From NCBI GenBank assembly GCA_036785375.1, contig JAWMAR010000145.1, positions 5,332,001 to 5,396,000 of the forward strand: a stretch of DNA of 64,000 nucleotides, given 5' to 3'. Each line of letters begins with the position of its first letter. Position 1 is the stretch's first letter. Positions 1 through 11,960 of this stretch are shown here, piece after piece. Under the pieces are notes generated by a model. The model saw nothing but the letters and a program-made list of their open reading frames with translations, ran no database searches and was not told where the DNA came from. The position numbers and the translations under genes are program-made. The stretch comes from Leucoraja ocellata. Its lineage: Eukaryota.

Positions 1-1953
1 TATTCCCCGTCTCTACCAGACAATGGCGGGAATTGCAATAAACCAGATCTTAATATTTACCATTTTCACAGTCTCTGTATATTTACCAGCTTTTTTTATT
101 CCTCTATTATAACAGTTAGATAGTATCGTTGAGTATTGATGCTTCTATAATTGGAAAAGTTTACATGCAACCAAAGGCACAGATGTCCAAACAACCATCT
201 GCAACATCAACCTACGCAGCGGCGAGAAAAGACGAGGGAAGTGGGGTCATGTTAGAAACGACAGATTAGATGCCCGGTACTTAATAATTTGATTAAAAAA
301 GAACCATGCTGGATAGCTCATTTAAGGCCCTGAACTCAACTCAAGGTTTTTGCTGTGATCAAGGTATTTCTAGTTGAATCTCGAACACTTCACTATCCAT
401 TATCAACAATACTTCCATAACAACTATTTTAAATCGTGCACGATCTTATCTTTAAAAAGGCTCGATTGAAAGCGCTCCAGAACTAGCTTACAGTTTATCC
501 TGCGCTGGTCTCTATCAGTTTATTACTGCCATTAACACGCTAATTTCGCATTAAATAATATTTCTTGCCCCGAATATCCTTGGAGGGCGTCAAAATAGTC
601 AATTGATTCATTCTGGACAGTGCCCCCCATTTAAACAAAAAAAAGGTATAAATTGGTATTTATATCTGGGGACGTGATTACATTTAAGATTCATAAGAAA
701 CTATTCCTGATGGTCGGCAGTGAACAGTTTCAATCGAATTGCCAATGACAATGACAAAAGGAAGAAAAAAAAGAGCAGTTTGAATGTGTGGACACGTCGC
801 CCTGAAGTTTAAAACTGGTTTGTGTCGGTAATAGGGACAATACAAACAACTTTGAACCCATATGGCCGGTGTCTGGCGCGGAAGTACAGGACCTTGCGCC
901 TCTGCCGACTCGTCTCTGTTCCGCTGGTCACGGTGTGTGTCTGCACGTGTCTGTCTCTGCGCTGTACGTGACCGTCAGTCCTGCCAACTAGTTTTTTTTT
1001 CACTTGCCAAGCACCCGTTTAAAAAAAAAATGACATTTAACTAGTTCTACAAAGTCGGAATAGAAATATGCAAATTGAATGATAAATTGGTCGATGCATC
1101 TGGAAATGTTATCTAATTAGGGCGTAAGAATTTTAATCTTTGTAGCGAGCAGGTCAAATAATTACCGTTAATTTTACGCCCAAATTATCTTTCATTGATT
1201 TGTATTCTCTTAAATGTAGTTTGGCAGGAAATCATGATCCATACCAATAGATGTTATTTTATGTGTGAACACGGTGGGCCTCAGAGTGAATTATTGCAAC
1301 CCTCCCCATACAAATAACTAGATCGCATCATGTATGCATTATTAAGCCATGTAATTGAATGTTCCATAGTTTGCATATCAAACTATTAAAATAATGTGTT
1401 TTTCTTTTCTTCCAACACGTAATGTTGAAGCCTCCGCGTCTATTTTGTGACTCTGATAATTATGATCTAATTAGAGTAAATGTTCTCTTCATTTGGACGA
1501 GATTTTCCCAAGATTTTTGCATTTCCAGCCCGTCACGGTGCAGTCTGTGACGTACTTTGTTTCTGGAATCAATTACTTTGCACGTATTTATTGTTGCTCC
1601 TGATCTTACTTTTACCAGGAGAAAATAAAGCAGTTCATTATTGTTTTCGCCAGAGTCTTTCCTTCACCACGCCAATATTAAGAAATTAAACAACATAATA
1701 TATTTATATCCATACTTTAAGAAACACGATTTGTTTTTAAAAAGCCAATTGTAGTCTTCAGCACGCCACTCTATTTCCATTACAAATAATACAATGTACT
1801 TGGGGCAATATAACTCTAATATCTACAAACAGTAAGTAAAAGTTAGAGCAATGAATTACTAGAATATATCATTGAGTGAATGTTATCTATCAGTTAATTG
1901 GGGCAATTCCGCTATCGAGGCTGTCTCTCCAACCCCATTATTGTCAATTGTTT

Positions 1954-2134
1954 NNNNNNNNNNNNNNNNNNNNNNNNNNNNNNNNNNNNNNNNNNNNNNN
2001 NNNNNNNNNNNNNNNNNNNNNNNNNNNNNNNNNNNNNNNNNNNNNNNNNNNNNNNNNNNNNNNNNNNNNNNNNNNNNNNNNNNNNNNNNNNNNNNNNNNN
2101 NNNNNNNNNNNNNNNNNNNNNNNNNNNNNNNNNN
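1954..2134. other. Assembly gap (N run)
   Basis: Run of N; the X-containing ORFs spanning it are artefacts. Confidence 0.99.
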
Positions 2135-3547
2135 CAAGGTCAGTGTTTTTCTCATTACTATTTCATTATGGTATAAAAAGAACTAACCGTTAAGTCATTT
2201 TGAAGCCATAGATATGCTGCTCGCAACCATCGCTTCTGCACTTTGAAACATCTTTAAGTTGAAGGCCTCTATTGCCTGCTTTCTGTTTTATATGGTATAT
2301 TTTTTTTTATTTCTGTTTAATGCGCCGCTAGAGCTTCTTCCACAGTGGTTACTTATTTTGTACAAGCTTTCATAGAGTTGCAATACAAAGCTAATTGCAT
2401 CTCCATTGCAAAATAAGAGTCCCGAGGTTTAACGCAGAAGTTTTTAGTCATCAGACTGCACGAGTTAAAAGCAGAGCCTTTTCCATCACGAAGCAAAGGC
2501 GACTTGTTACTTGATTCCTTGCTTTATCGTGGGGGCAAAGTTAAAGTTGGGATTTTCTTGATTCGGTGTTTGCTCCTCGAGAAACCGAAAGAACGATATA
2601 ACGTCAATCAGTATTAAAAACGCACACCACGCACCAAAAGTGGTGGCATTGAATGCATCTTTACAGCAGAACCTAAAAGTAAATCTGCCTTTGTCACGAA
2701 GAATATTATTTATTATTGATTGTCATTGTCAGAGGTTGCCTTTCCCCTCGCGGACTCGGCAATAGATTTTTGTTAATACTTAAGACATTGCGACTGATTA
2801 ATCGACATGCAGCGAGCTCGTTCCACGCATGAAGTCGGGCCGGTGTGTTTATTTTTAATCATTTACTGTGTTGATTTTTCGCCCATTGGCCGAGAGCGAA
2901 ACGGTATCGCCGCCCCCGCTCTCTGAGCTGGACTTTTATTTTGGCTGAGGCTCGCCCACTTCCAAGAGTTTAAAAGAAGCCTTCAGATGTGCGAGGACAC
3001 CCAAACACAGCTTCAGTGTGAGCTTTGTTACTTCAGTTCTGCTCTTCACTATAGCAACGCCGAGCGTCTCGTCAAAAATGCACTTTCTCGGCACAATGGG
3101 ACATGCTGCGGGAGCCCAGAAAGAGACGCATCTGTTACATTTATTTCTCAAATTGCTGCACCATCTAGCTCAGGCAAAAAAAAGGGGGGGGGGGGGGGAG
3201 AGTAAAATACATCACACTTTTCGAGATTCACAGAGTGTGTTATATACATTTTGCAAATAGAGTTATATTTAAAAAACGTGTCAGTGTACAGCAACTGAAT
3301 GAATTGAAAGACAGATTTGCAGGTGCCGAAATAACAACAGAAGCACTAGAAAACATTCAGCTGGTCAGGCAGCAGCTGTGGAGAAGGATACAGGGTCCAC
3401 CAAGTTATAGGTCGACGATGTTACCCCGGGGGAATTCCGAATCAAACAATTGCAGAGGAAGGGGTTTGAGGGGGGGGGGGGGGGTCGTGGGAGTGAGGGG
3501 TGTACGATAAGTAACGATAAGGAAACAGAAGGAATTGCAGGTGCTAT

Positions 3548-3650
3548 AATCTTACATAAAACACAAAGTGTTGGAGTAATTCAACGGGTCTGGCAGCCTC
3601 TCTGGAGGACATGGATAGGCGACGTTTCGGGTCGGAACACTTCATTAGAC
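3548..3650 (-). mobile_element. Penelope-like element terminal fragment with degenerate hammerhead-like motif
   Basis: ACACAAAGTGTTGGAGTAATTCAACGGGTCTGGCAGC...GACGTTTCGGGTCGG is the reverse complement of the PLE-tail repeat seen many times in this window. Confidence 0.65.
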
Positions 3651-3667
3651 AGCGTAGGGAATGTGAA

Positions 3668-3765
3668 GGTACACAAAAATGCTGGAGAAACTCAGCGGGT
3701 GCAGCAGCATCTATGGAGCGAAGGAAATGGGCAACGGTTCGTGCCGAAACCCTTCTTCAGACTGT
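3668..3765 (-). mobile_element. ~98 bp PLE-derived mini-element with 10 bp TSD
   Basis: Flanked by GGAATGTGAA at 3658-3667 and 3766-3775; reverse complement is near-identical to 52298-52394. Confidence 0.8.
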
Positions 3766-5063
3766 GGAATGTGAATGTCTGTAATAGGATGGCCATTCAA
3801 GTAAACTAAATAACACAAGCGATTGCAGTCCGAGTTGAAAGAGGGTCGGTTTGTGAAGGTTTGTTAATCGCAGATGGTCTGTTTGGATGAGCTGTGAAAA
3901 GTAGGAGGCGAATGAGAACAAGATAATGCTTGGGTTTGTGAAAACTCACCATCTCTGACACACACCGGGAAAGCTAAAACGACACGAAGTTCACTATGTT
4001 AAGAATTGCCATCAAAAGTCTCGGTACAACTAGTAATGTGCTGCGGAATCGGGGAAGTTACCTTGGGGCTCGAAAAATAAAGTTATCTTTGGTGTCTACA
4101 ATGTTTATTTAATTGAATATAGCATCCGAAAAGCAATCATCTCCATTCTATCGGCCTAAGCAGACAGCTCCTGCATGGGTCAATGCAAACTATTGGATGG
4201 AATGACATCATCAATGAAAAGGCTTTTCAAGTGGGGCATTGCCCAGGCTCTGATTTCCATTCATAACGTGTAGGTAGTACGGGAAAGTGATTTGTGGTTT
4301 AAAGGCTGCATGAGAAAACGCAATAACAATTCAACACTGATATCAGTACGTTTCATTGTTTTTTTTTAATCAGATTTATTTTCGAAACCCCACTTGGAAA
4401 TAAAAAATCGACTTACTTAAGAATATGTTGAGCCTGTGCACTGAATGAAACAGACATATGTGCAATAAAGCCGTTCAAAACAGTCATTACGTCAGCACAC
4501 AATGCAAATCTGACTGCCCCGCTGCAGGAATTTAAATGCTCTCGCTAATTTGCCGAACATCGGTTTGGCATTTCATTAGATTCTCTTTCTATTTTCCACG
4601 AGGCGGGTGGAGTGACGGGGGCGACAGATGTAAGTAACTAGTTTTTGTATCAATTACATAATTAATTCCGAGTCTGGGTGTACAAGATCTGTGCAATGCA
4701 TAAGAAACTACTTCAGGAGAATTCGAGTAAAGGTTGGGACTGACATGAAAACGTACTGGTCTATTCTTCCAGGGAGACCAATTGGGACAAGTCTAATAAG
4801 AGTCTGGTTCGGCACTTCCGGTTTGACGCTTTGTAAGCATCTGTCTGTCTATGATGTAACTAGGAGTAGATTGCAAATGCACTTTCCCAAACGGGTGTGT
4901 GTTGCCAATGCACCGAATGCGTGGCTTTGCATAGCTGCTAGTTATGTGCATTACGGGAAATGAATACGATAACAGACGCCGATAAACTTTGTTTAAAATG
5001 CACCATATAATTGCATTTTGAAAAAGAATGTATTAATTCAGGCAAGAAAATCAAAGGTAGATC

Positions 5064-5238
5064 GATAGACACAAAATGCTGGAGTAACTCGGCGGATCGG
5101 GCAGCATCTCTGGAGAGAAGTCTGAAGAAGGGTCTTGACCCGAAACGTCACCAATTCCCTTTCTCCTGACCCGCTGAGTTACTCGAACATTTTGTGTCTA
5201 TCTTTGGTGTAAATCAGCGTCTGTAGTCCTTCCTGCAT
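5064..5238. mobile_element. Inverted pair of PLE tails (MITE-like) with hammerhead-like core at 5122-5149
   Basis: ATAGACACAAAATGCTGGAGTAACTC ... GAGTTACTCGAACATTTTGTGTCTAT inverted arms around CTGAAGAAGGGTCTTGACCCGAAACGTC. Confidence 0.75.
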
Positions 5239-5919
5239 AAGAATATCATATGGACGCTTTGAAACGACAGTCAATGTGAAACTGGCCACTTTATCATTAT
5301 ATCTTTAAGATTCTTGCTTGATTCATTCCTGTCGTCATATTGTCTAAAAAGAGAGAAATTAAAAAAAATTAAAAGTACGTATACGGAGACAGTATTTTAG
5401 TCGATAAATTATCACAAATAAAGTAAATGCATTAATGTTAAAGATGATCAAAACCTGCTAAGCGGTTGCCCGAGGAGGTAGTCTTATTTTCTGATTTTGC
5501 TGTTCACTCTCTATTGCCTGCGGATGTGTTTAAACGAGGACAGAAGGCTCTTAAATAAACCAGCTGAGAAACTTCCTGCATCGGAAAGACGCGGACTACC
5601 TCACAGATCACTGTGCAGTTCAAAGGTTTGGGGCCTTTTTAAAACCCCTGTCACGTCACAGTTTGTAGCCTTGTATTTGAACAGCTGCTCTGGGGGGGGG
5701 GGGGGGGGGGTGAACAGAAGCGAATACACCAAACTCTGTCTGTACGGCTGCAATACCCTGCAACCTGCTCTAGCCGAGGCTGTACCTCACTCGGCCGCTG
5801 TATTACGCGCCCGGACTCCAAGGAATAAGATATCAGAAGGGATTGCACGTGTGCCTATCATATCCGTTTCGCCGAACACCTGCACTCCCTCCGCCAAAGC
5901 CGACTGTATCTCCTCGTTG

Positions 5920-6300
5920 TATAGTTCAATTGCGTGGAAACAGGCCCAACGGCCCAACTTGCCCACACCGTCCAACATGTCCCATCTATAATAGTCCCAT
6001 CTGCCTGCGTTTAGGCCATATTCCTCTAAAACTATCCTATCCATGTACCTGTCCAAATGTTTCTGAAACTTTGCGATAGCACCTGCCTCAACGACCTCAT
6101 CTGGCTGCTCGCTGCATACACCCACCACCCTTTGTGTAAAAAAGTTACCCCTCGGATTCCTATTAAATCTTTCTCATCTCACCATAAACCTGTTCTCTTG
6201 TTCTCGATTCCCCTACTCTGGGCAGGAGGCTCTGCGTTTACCCAATCATCTCCTCTGACGATTTTGTACACGTCTAAGATCACCCTGCATCCTCCTCCGC
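5920..6300 (-). mobile_element. CR1/HER1-type LINE 3' fragment
   Basis: Minus translation QPDEVVEAGAIAKFQKHLDRYMD matches the CR1 ORF2 C-terminal motif (LPEEVVEAG..FKxHLDRYM). Confidence 0.85.
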
Positions 6301-6309
6301 TCTATTGCC

Positions 6310-6970
6310 TACTATTTTAATTCCTCTTTCCATTCCCGTACCCTCCTCCTCCATTGCCAGTGTGAGGCCAGGCACAAACTGGAAACGCAGCACCTCATCG
6401 CTTGGGTAGCATGCAACCCAATGGTATGGAAATAGAATTATCCAATTTCAGGTAACTAATTGAAGGTCACTAGTTACGCCTCTTCCCCTTTTCCCCTCTC
6501 TTGCCTGTGCCCCACCTGAATATGTCACCATTTCTCACAAATCAGAAACGTAGAAAATAGGTGCAGGAGTAGGCCATTCGGCCTTTCGAGCCAGCACCGC
6601 CATTCAATATGATCATGGCTGATCATCCAAAATCAGTATCCCGTTGCGGCTTTTCCCCCATATCCATTGATTCCCTTAGCCCTAAGAGATAAATCTAACT
6701 AACTCGCTTGAAAATAAAACAATATTCCACCCCCTTCCCGCTTCCCACTCGTACCTCCAGCCCCTTACCCCGTCACCTAGCCTCACTAGTTATGCCTCTT
6801 CCCCCCATTATCTCACGGTCTTCCTCTCTTCTCTACCCTTTATTCACCCATCTCTCAATCAAACCCCCCTCTCCCCCCCCCCAACTGTATCCACTAATCA
6901 CTTGTCTGGTTTTGTCCAGCCTCCACTTCTTTTCCAACTCTTCCCCCCCACCCCCCACCCCCTCATCTAC
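6310..6970 (+). mobile_element. Penelope-like element C-terminal (GIY-YIG end) remnant plus pyrimidine-rich tail, interrupted by a CR1 tail (6545-6710, -)
   Basis: Degenerate LLHCQCEARHKLETQHLI..LGSMQPNGMEIELSNFR* resembles vertebrate PLE ORF ends; followed by a C/T-rich tract. Confidence 0.7.
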
Positions 6971-7245
6971 AATCTTCTTCTTGTGTTTGAGGCATCAGAA
7001 GTCTGCAGCAGGGTGATGCCATCCGGTTCGACATCCATAGGTGCCCGCCCTAAAAAGGGCAGTTGGTTGGTGCCAAGCTGCGGCACTGCTGCTGTCTCTG
7101 TTTGCTGTCGTTCGCCTGACTGAGGTCAGTTGACAGGGCTCACCACTTGGATGTCGACAACATGAGCCCACCATCTACAATAAGTCTGAAGAAGAAACGT
7201 CGCCTCGTCACATTCTCTGGAGATGCTGCCTGACCCGCTGAGTCA

Positions 7246-8070
7246 TGGGCCTGTCACACTCAGGCGACGTTTTAGGCGGCTACAGGAGACTATGCACATG
7301 GTCGCCACATGGTCGCCACATGTTCACAGGTGGTTGCCGGGGAGGTGCCTTCATGGTCGTGAGGAGTTCCCACATTCTGGGAACTAGTCGTGGCCTCATT
7401 ATGGTCACCGTGAATGTTGAAAAATTTAAATGTTGAAAAATTAGCGGAGACTAGAATGAAGCCGCCATGGAGAGTAGCGAGAATTCTCGAGCCATAGGTG
7501 GGTCGCCACGCGGTCCTAATGGGTTTCCAGGAGGTCGAAGAATCTCGGTGGTTCTCGTAGGTTGTAGCCGGTACTGACCAGTGAATTTCTTTGGCTCATT
7601 GGGGAAAAAAAGGTAAGCAGTAGTTTTCAGAACCAAGGATAACCGATCGGTAATGTTAAATGTCCGCCGAGCTTCACAGCCGTGTATCTCTAGCTTCTTA
7701 AAAGTTGTCTCCACTCCTTCTCCCCCCTTCTCCCCCCCCCTCTCCACCCCCCTCTCCCCCCTCTTTTAAAGGACTTATCATATACTGTGCTATAGCCATC
7801 TATTTACAGCGCCAACCTTCCTGTTCATGGCGGTGTGTGTCTGTTTCACCTTGGCTTTGCACCGTGTGATTTATTTTAGGCAGTGCTCCCCCTGCTTGCC
7901 CTGTCCACCGCCTGCATAATGGGCTGGTGAAGGGAGCGATGCATTTGTGTGTGTGTGTGTGTGTTCCACTCTGACAGTCGCTGTTCCAGTTGCCATTTTT
8001 TCAGGCGACAGCCAGCAACTTGACAGTCGCCGGCAGTCCGCTGAAAAATCGCCTAAGTGGGACAGGCTCA
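7246..8070. mobile_element. Non-autonomous PIF/Harbinger-like DNA transposon (MITE)
   Basis: TIRs TGGGCCTGTCACACTCAGGCGA and (revcomp) TGAGCCTGTCCCACTTAGGCGA; flanking TCA/TTA consistent with a 3 bp TWA TSD; splits a PLE tail (CCCGCTGAG|TTATTCCAACAC). Confidence 0.75.
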
Positions 8071-8994
8071 TTATTCCAACACTTCGTGGCTTGTATTGTA
8101 AATCAGCGTCTGAAGTCCGTTGTGCCTATATCCATGTGCAAATGTTTTTATTTGGTCCTACAAATATCCAAATCAAGCATACAAATGGGCCGTGTATTGG
8201 GATGCATAGAACATACGCAGGTGCTTTAGATGTACATGAATGGGTAAAATATAATTGATGGGACGGCCCAGTAGCAATTCAACATCGCTTGCTGCACTGG
8301 AGACCCGGGTTCGACCCTGACTCCGGATGAAATGCAGGTCTGTACACACGAAGCAGCTCAGCTGCCGAGAACATACATCCCTAGTGACCTGTGACCTGGA
8401 CATGCGCAGTCGGAATACCGAACTTGCTTATTCTAAATCGGAATTAAGTGTACTGTGGAGACAGAAGAAAATGCAAATACAGGAACCTTGATCGCTCCCG
8501 CAGCTACGAGCCTCACCTACCGTAGACGTAATCAACAGGACCCCGACTCGAAACGTCGCCCATCCATTCCCTTCACATATGCTGTCTGACCCCCTGAGTG
8601 TCTCCAGTCCATTGTGTTTTGATTAAGCGTGCAGTCTTTTTTTTTACATAAATCCTAATTCTAGGTGGTTTGGTCCCAGGCTCACTGACAGTTTCCGAAT
8701 CTTTGTGGTAAAGAAAAGGGCAGACGATGGAGGAAAGGAGAGCGAAATGTAATCAAGTTGTCCCCGCTTCACGCTACATTCCGTACCACCACACACCATG
8801 TACAGGGGACATTCTGCCCACTTTCCGCAGAATATTACCTGGCCAGTGCATTTTACGCTTTGTTTGCCGGTGTGCCATCTACTGACACCTAACATACCGC
8901 ATGCTGTGGAGTGCAGTTCCTGGTGTCACCATTCTGGTCACTTAGAATTGACTCAGTTAACAGGGCACAACAGCGATCCCTACAGAAGTATCGT

Positions 8995-9350
8995 GTAGGA
9001 GCGAACTGCAGATGTTGGTTTACACCGAAGATGAATCTGAAGAAGGGTCTCGACCCGAAACGTCGCTTAGCCCTTTTCTCAAGAGATGCTGCCTGACCCA
9101 CTGATTTGCTCCAGCATTGTGTGTCTCCTATAGAAGTACACACGAATTTAGTTCTAAATATGAACTTCAGATTCTGGTTTATACCAAAGATGCACACAAA
9201 ATACTGGAGTAACTTAGCGGGTCACACGACATCTCTGAAAATAAATGGATATGTTCTATATACCCCGACTTCTTCCCGACTCGAAACCTATTCCTTCTCT
9301 CCAGAAATGCTACCTGACCCGCTGATTTACTCCATGATTTTGTGTCTATC
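8995..9350. mobile_element. Cluster of PLE-tail repeats; intact hammerhead-like core at 9037-9064 (+)
   Basis: CTGAAGAAGGGTCTCGACCCGAAACGTC followed by GAGATGCTGCCTGACCC...CTCCAGCATTGTGTGTC; further inverted arms to ~9350. Confidence 0.75.
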
Positions 9351-9699
9351 ACGGATTTTGTTCGCCACGTAAACCGCGTAACAAGCAGGAATATCCCGCG
9401 CACAGAGTCTTTAATGTTGATGTATTCGTAGCTTTCGTTTCACGTTCATTGCCAAGATTGCAGCACCACGAGTGGCTGCCTTTCGTTCAATGCATGCAAC
9501 CTTACTTCGTGGCACTTCACTCGTGGCGTTTGAGGTAGAAATAAAAAAACATCCATGCACCCGAGTTATAGCATGTAGGTCGATGACTCGCGCTGTCCAA
9601 TGACCCGATGACCCATTTACCTGTACTGTACGGAATGGCGAGTATAAGACAACCCTGACCTTTCAGCCACTTCGAAAAATAGAAGCAATTTGCAGGGAC

Positions 9700-11960
9700 C
9701 CGTTGCTGGTAAACTCCTCAGGCAAAGACACCACTCTAACCTCAGTAGTTCCATCTGTTTTAATCACAGGCTCAGTAATCACAGAACTCATCAGTAATCT
9801 CAATCTGAATATCGGGGTTAGACATTCTCCGGTTTGCAAACAAGCAACGGATTACACCCATACTTATATCTCTGGTATAATCTCACAGTCACCATCAAAT
9901 TGATTTAATCTCAATTTTATTCGAGATTTTCGGTGTAATTTTAATCTCGCTCCATGAATCTGGTTTGCCCCGAATGTGTCAACGTGCCCAATGTAATCAT
10001 TTTTTAATTGCCGATATTTTGTTTAATCTCTGTCTCAGCATCAAACTCCCATCTTAATCTAACGCACTGTCGATCTCCAGATTAATCTCAGCCTCACTCT
10101 GAAATCTTGGTTCAAATCAAAGACGATTAATTTACAAATCAACTCCGTTTTGATGCCAAAAAGATACCTGCATGAAGATGGCAGAATGGCTACGACACGG
10201 AGAAACGTTCTCGCTGGAGAAGAGAATATCGAGATTTGTTTCCAAACATAAAATAAAATAAAATTATATCGGTTGTGAATCCGAGTGAGAATTGAAGTAT
10301 TCCAAGCTTGTGAGTTTGGTAATGAGGGCAGCAGAGATAAGGATGGGGAGAGCACCGGTAATAACCCCACTGGGATATTGGCTAGGACAACCCCTTCTTA
10401 CATAATCAAATATGGATGCTTGTGAAAAGGAAATATTAAAATAATCACTCAATTTGCTAATGATTGCGGGTAAGCGCCTCATCCGGCGTCCGGCAGCGCT
10501 CCATGGTCTTCAAGTTCACCCCCTTCGAAGCTGTGGCGGCGCATTTTAGACGACAGAGTTCTCCGTATGAGTTGCTTGAGTTGCTCCAATTTCAGCGCTG
10601 AACAATTGTCCCAGGCTACGAGTTCTCTCTGTTCAACAGCTTCCTGAAGACAGGAGTCTCGCCACGAACCTTGTCTTGAAGACTGGTACGACGCCTGTTG
10701 GAAAACCAAAGTTCCAAGGAACAACCCATGGACATTATCATCCCAGCGGTGAGAGGCAACATTGCTTAATTTCCGCAGATCCACATGGCGGCCCCAGGGT
10801 TTAAACGACAATTAGAAGTCCTGTCCATAAACGTTGATGCCTTCCGATTTAACTGTGGAAGGGACCATGTGTAGAACCGAGACCTTGACATGAACCCGGG
10901 GTTGCAATTCTCTGGTGCCCACTCACCTTGCTCCAGTCACAGGTCATTCTGGTCCTTACTGGGTCCAATGTGGAGAACAATGTCAGAACATAAGAAAATA
11001 AGCAAGGAATTGGTTACCAGGCACTCTAGCCTGCTTTAAAGTAATCACTGCTAATTTACCCCTATCTTCAAATCCCTTCAAATGAGCCTCTAGATTAATC
11101 TCAATCTCTGGTCCGATGTCATAATTATTATCAAATTCCATTGAATTTCTCATTATCAGACCAATTTTAACAGTTTCAGTGTCTGGCTCTGGTTTCACCC
11201 GAGTCTTGTTACGTCCCTAATGTTTGCAAGTCAATCACTGTTTTACCTTCAATTTTAGATTCAGACCATGGTTCTCCCTCAGCCTCAATATTAGATTGTT
11301 TATTAAGTTTAGTCTTACGATTATGTTTAAATTTAATCTCACTCTGAGCCTCTAATTTAATGTCCGACCCACTATCATTGTATCCTCCATATTAGGCTCT
11401 GGTAAAACTTTAGTCTCAATCCCACTCTGAGGTTTAATCACAGTTTCACTATCAAGCAATGACTTAGTTTAAATATCACTGTCAATTTCCTCATAAATCT
11501 AATTCTCACAATCTGTCTCTAACTGATTATTGATCACTGGATTAATCTCAATTTTACTATCAGTCTCTAGTTTATTCTCCAACAGGCTTCAGTTTGATTA
11601 GTTTTAGACTCCTTTTCATCATTTTCAATCTTCCATGTTAACAGTTTTACGCTTAATCTTTACTTTAACTAAGTCTCTCATCAAGGCTCTACTTTAATTT
11701 TACGTTCACTGTCAGTTTTCAATCTCCATTTTAGATTTAAGTAAATCGTAGATCCAAAATCATTTTCTGGTTTAATCTGAACCTCACATTTTGGTGTCAT
11801 TTCATTCTCACTATCAGACTTTCGGTTAATCCTGCTCACCATACCTGTCCTTGTTTTAATTTCAGGCTTAATATCAATATCAGGTTTAATGTCAGATTAA
11901 TTCTATCTGTAATATAATCCTATTCTCAATATCGATTTAATGTCAGACTCACTACTACCC
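9700..11960 (-). pseudogene. Decayed coding-like repeat region (EIKPETDS-type units); possible pseudogene exons
   Basis: Recurrent plus-strand TTAATCTC/TTTAAT motifs; minus translation gives SDIKPDIDIKPEIK...QIKPEND...KIKVEP* (11896-11681), ETVIKPQSGIETK, SDIKLEAQSEIK, VKPEPDTET, broken by stops and frameshifts. Confidence 0.5.

Noticed and set aside
1872-2193. ORFs spanning N gaps (also 27521-28161)
   Set aside because: Artefacts of N runs.
8644-8998. Cys/His-rich ORFs on both strands
   Set aside because: No zinc-finger or other spacing pattern recognised.
10590-10630. WDNCSA resembling the pogo/Tigger DDE motif LDNCSAH
   Set aside because: The downstream FLPPNTTS..QPLD motif is absent and no TIRs are visible.
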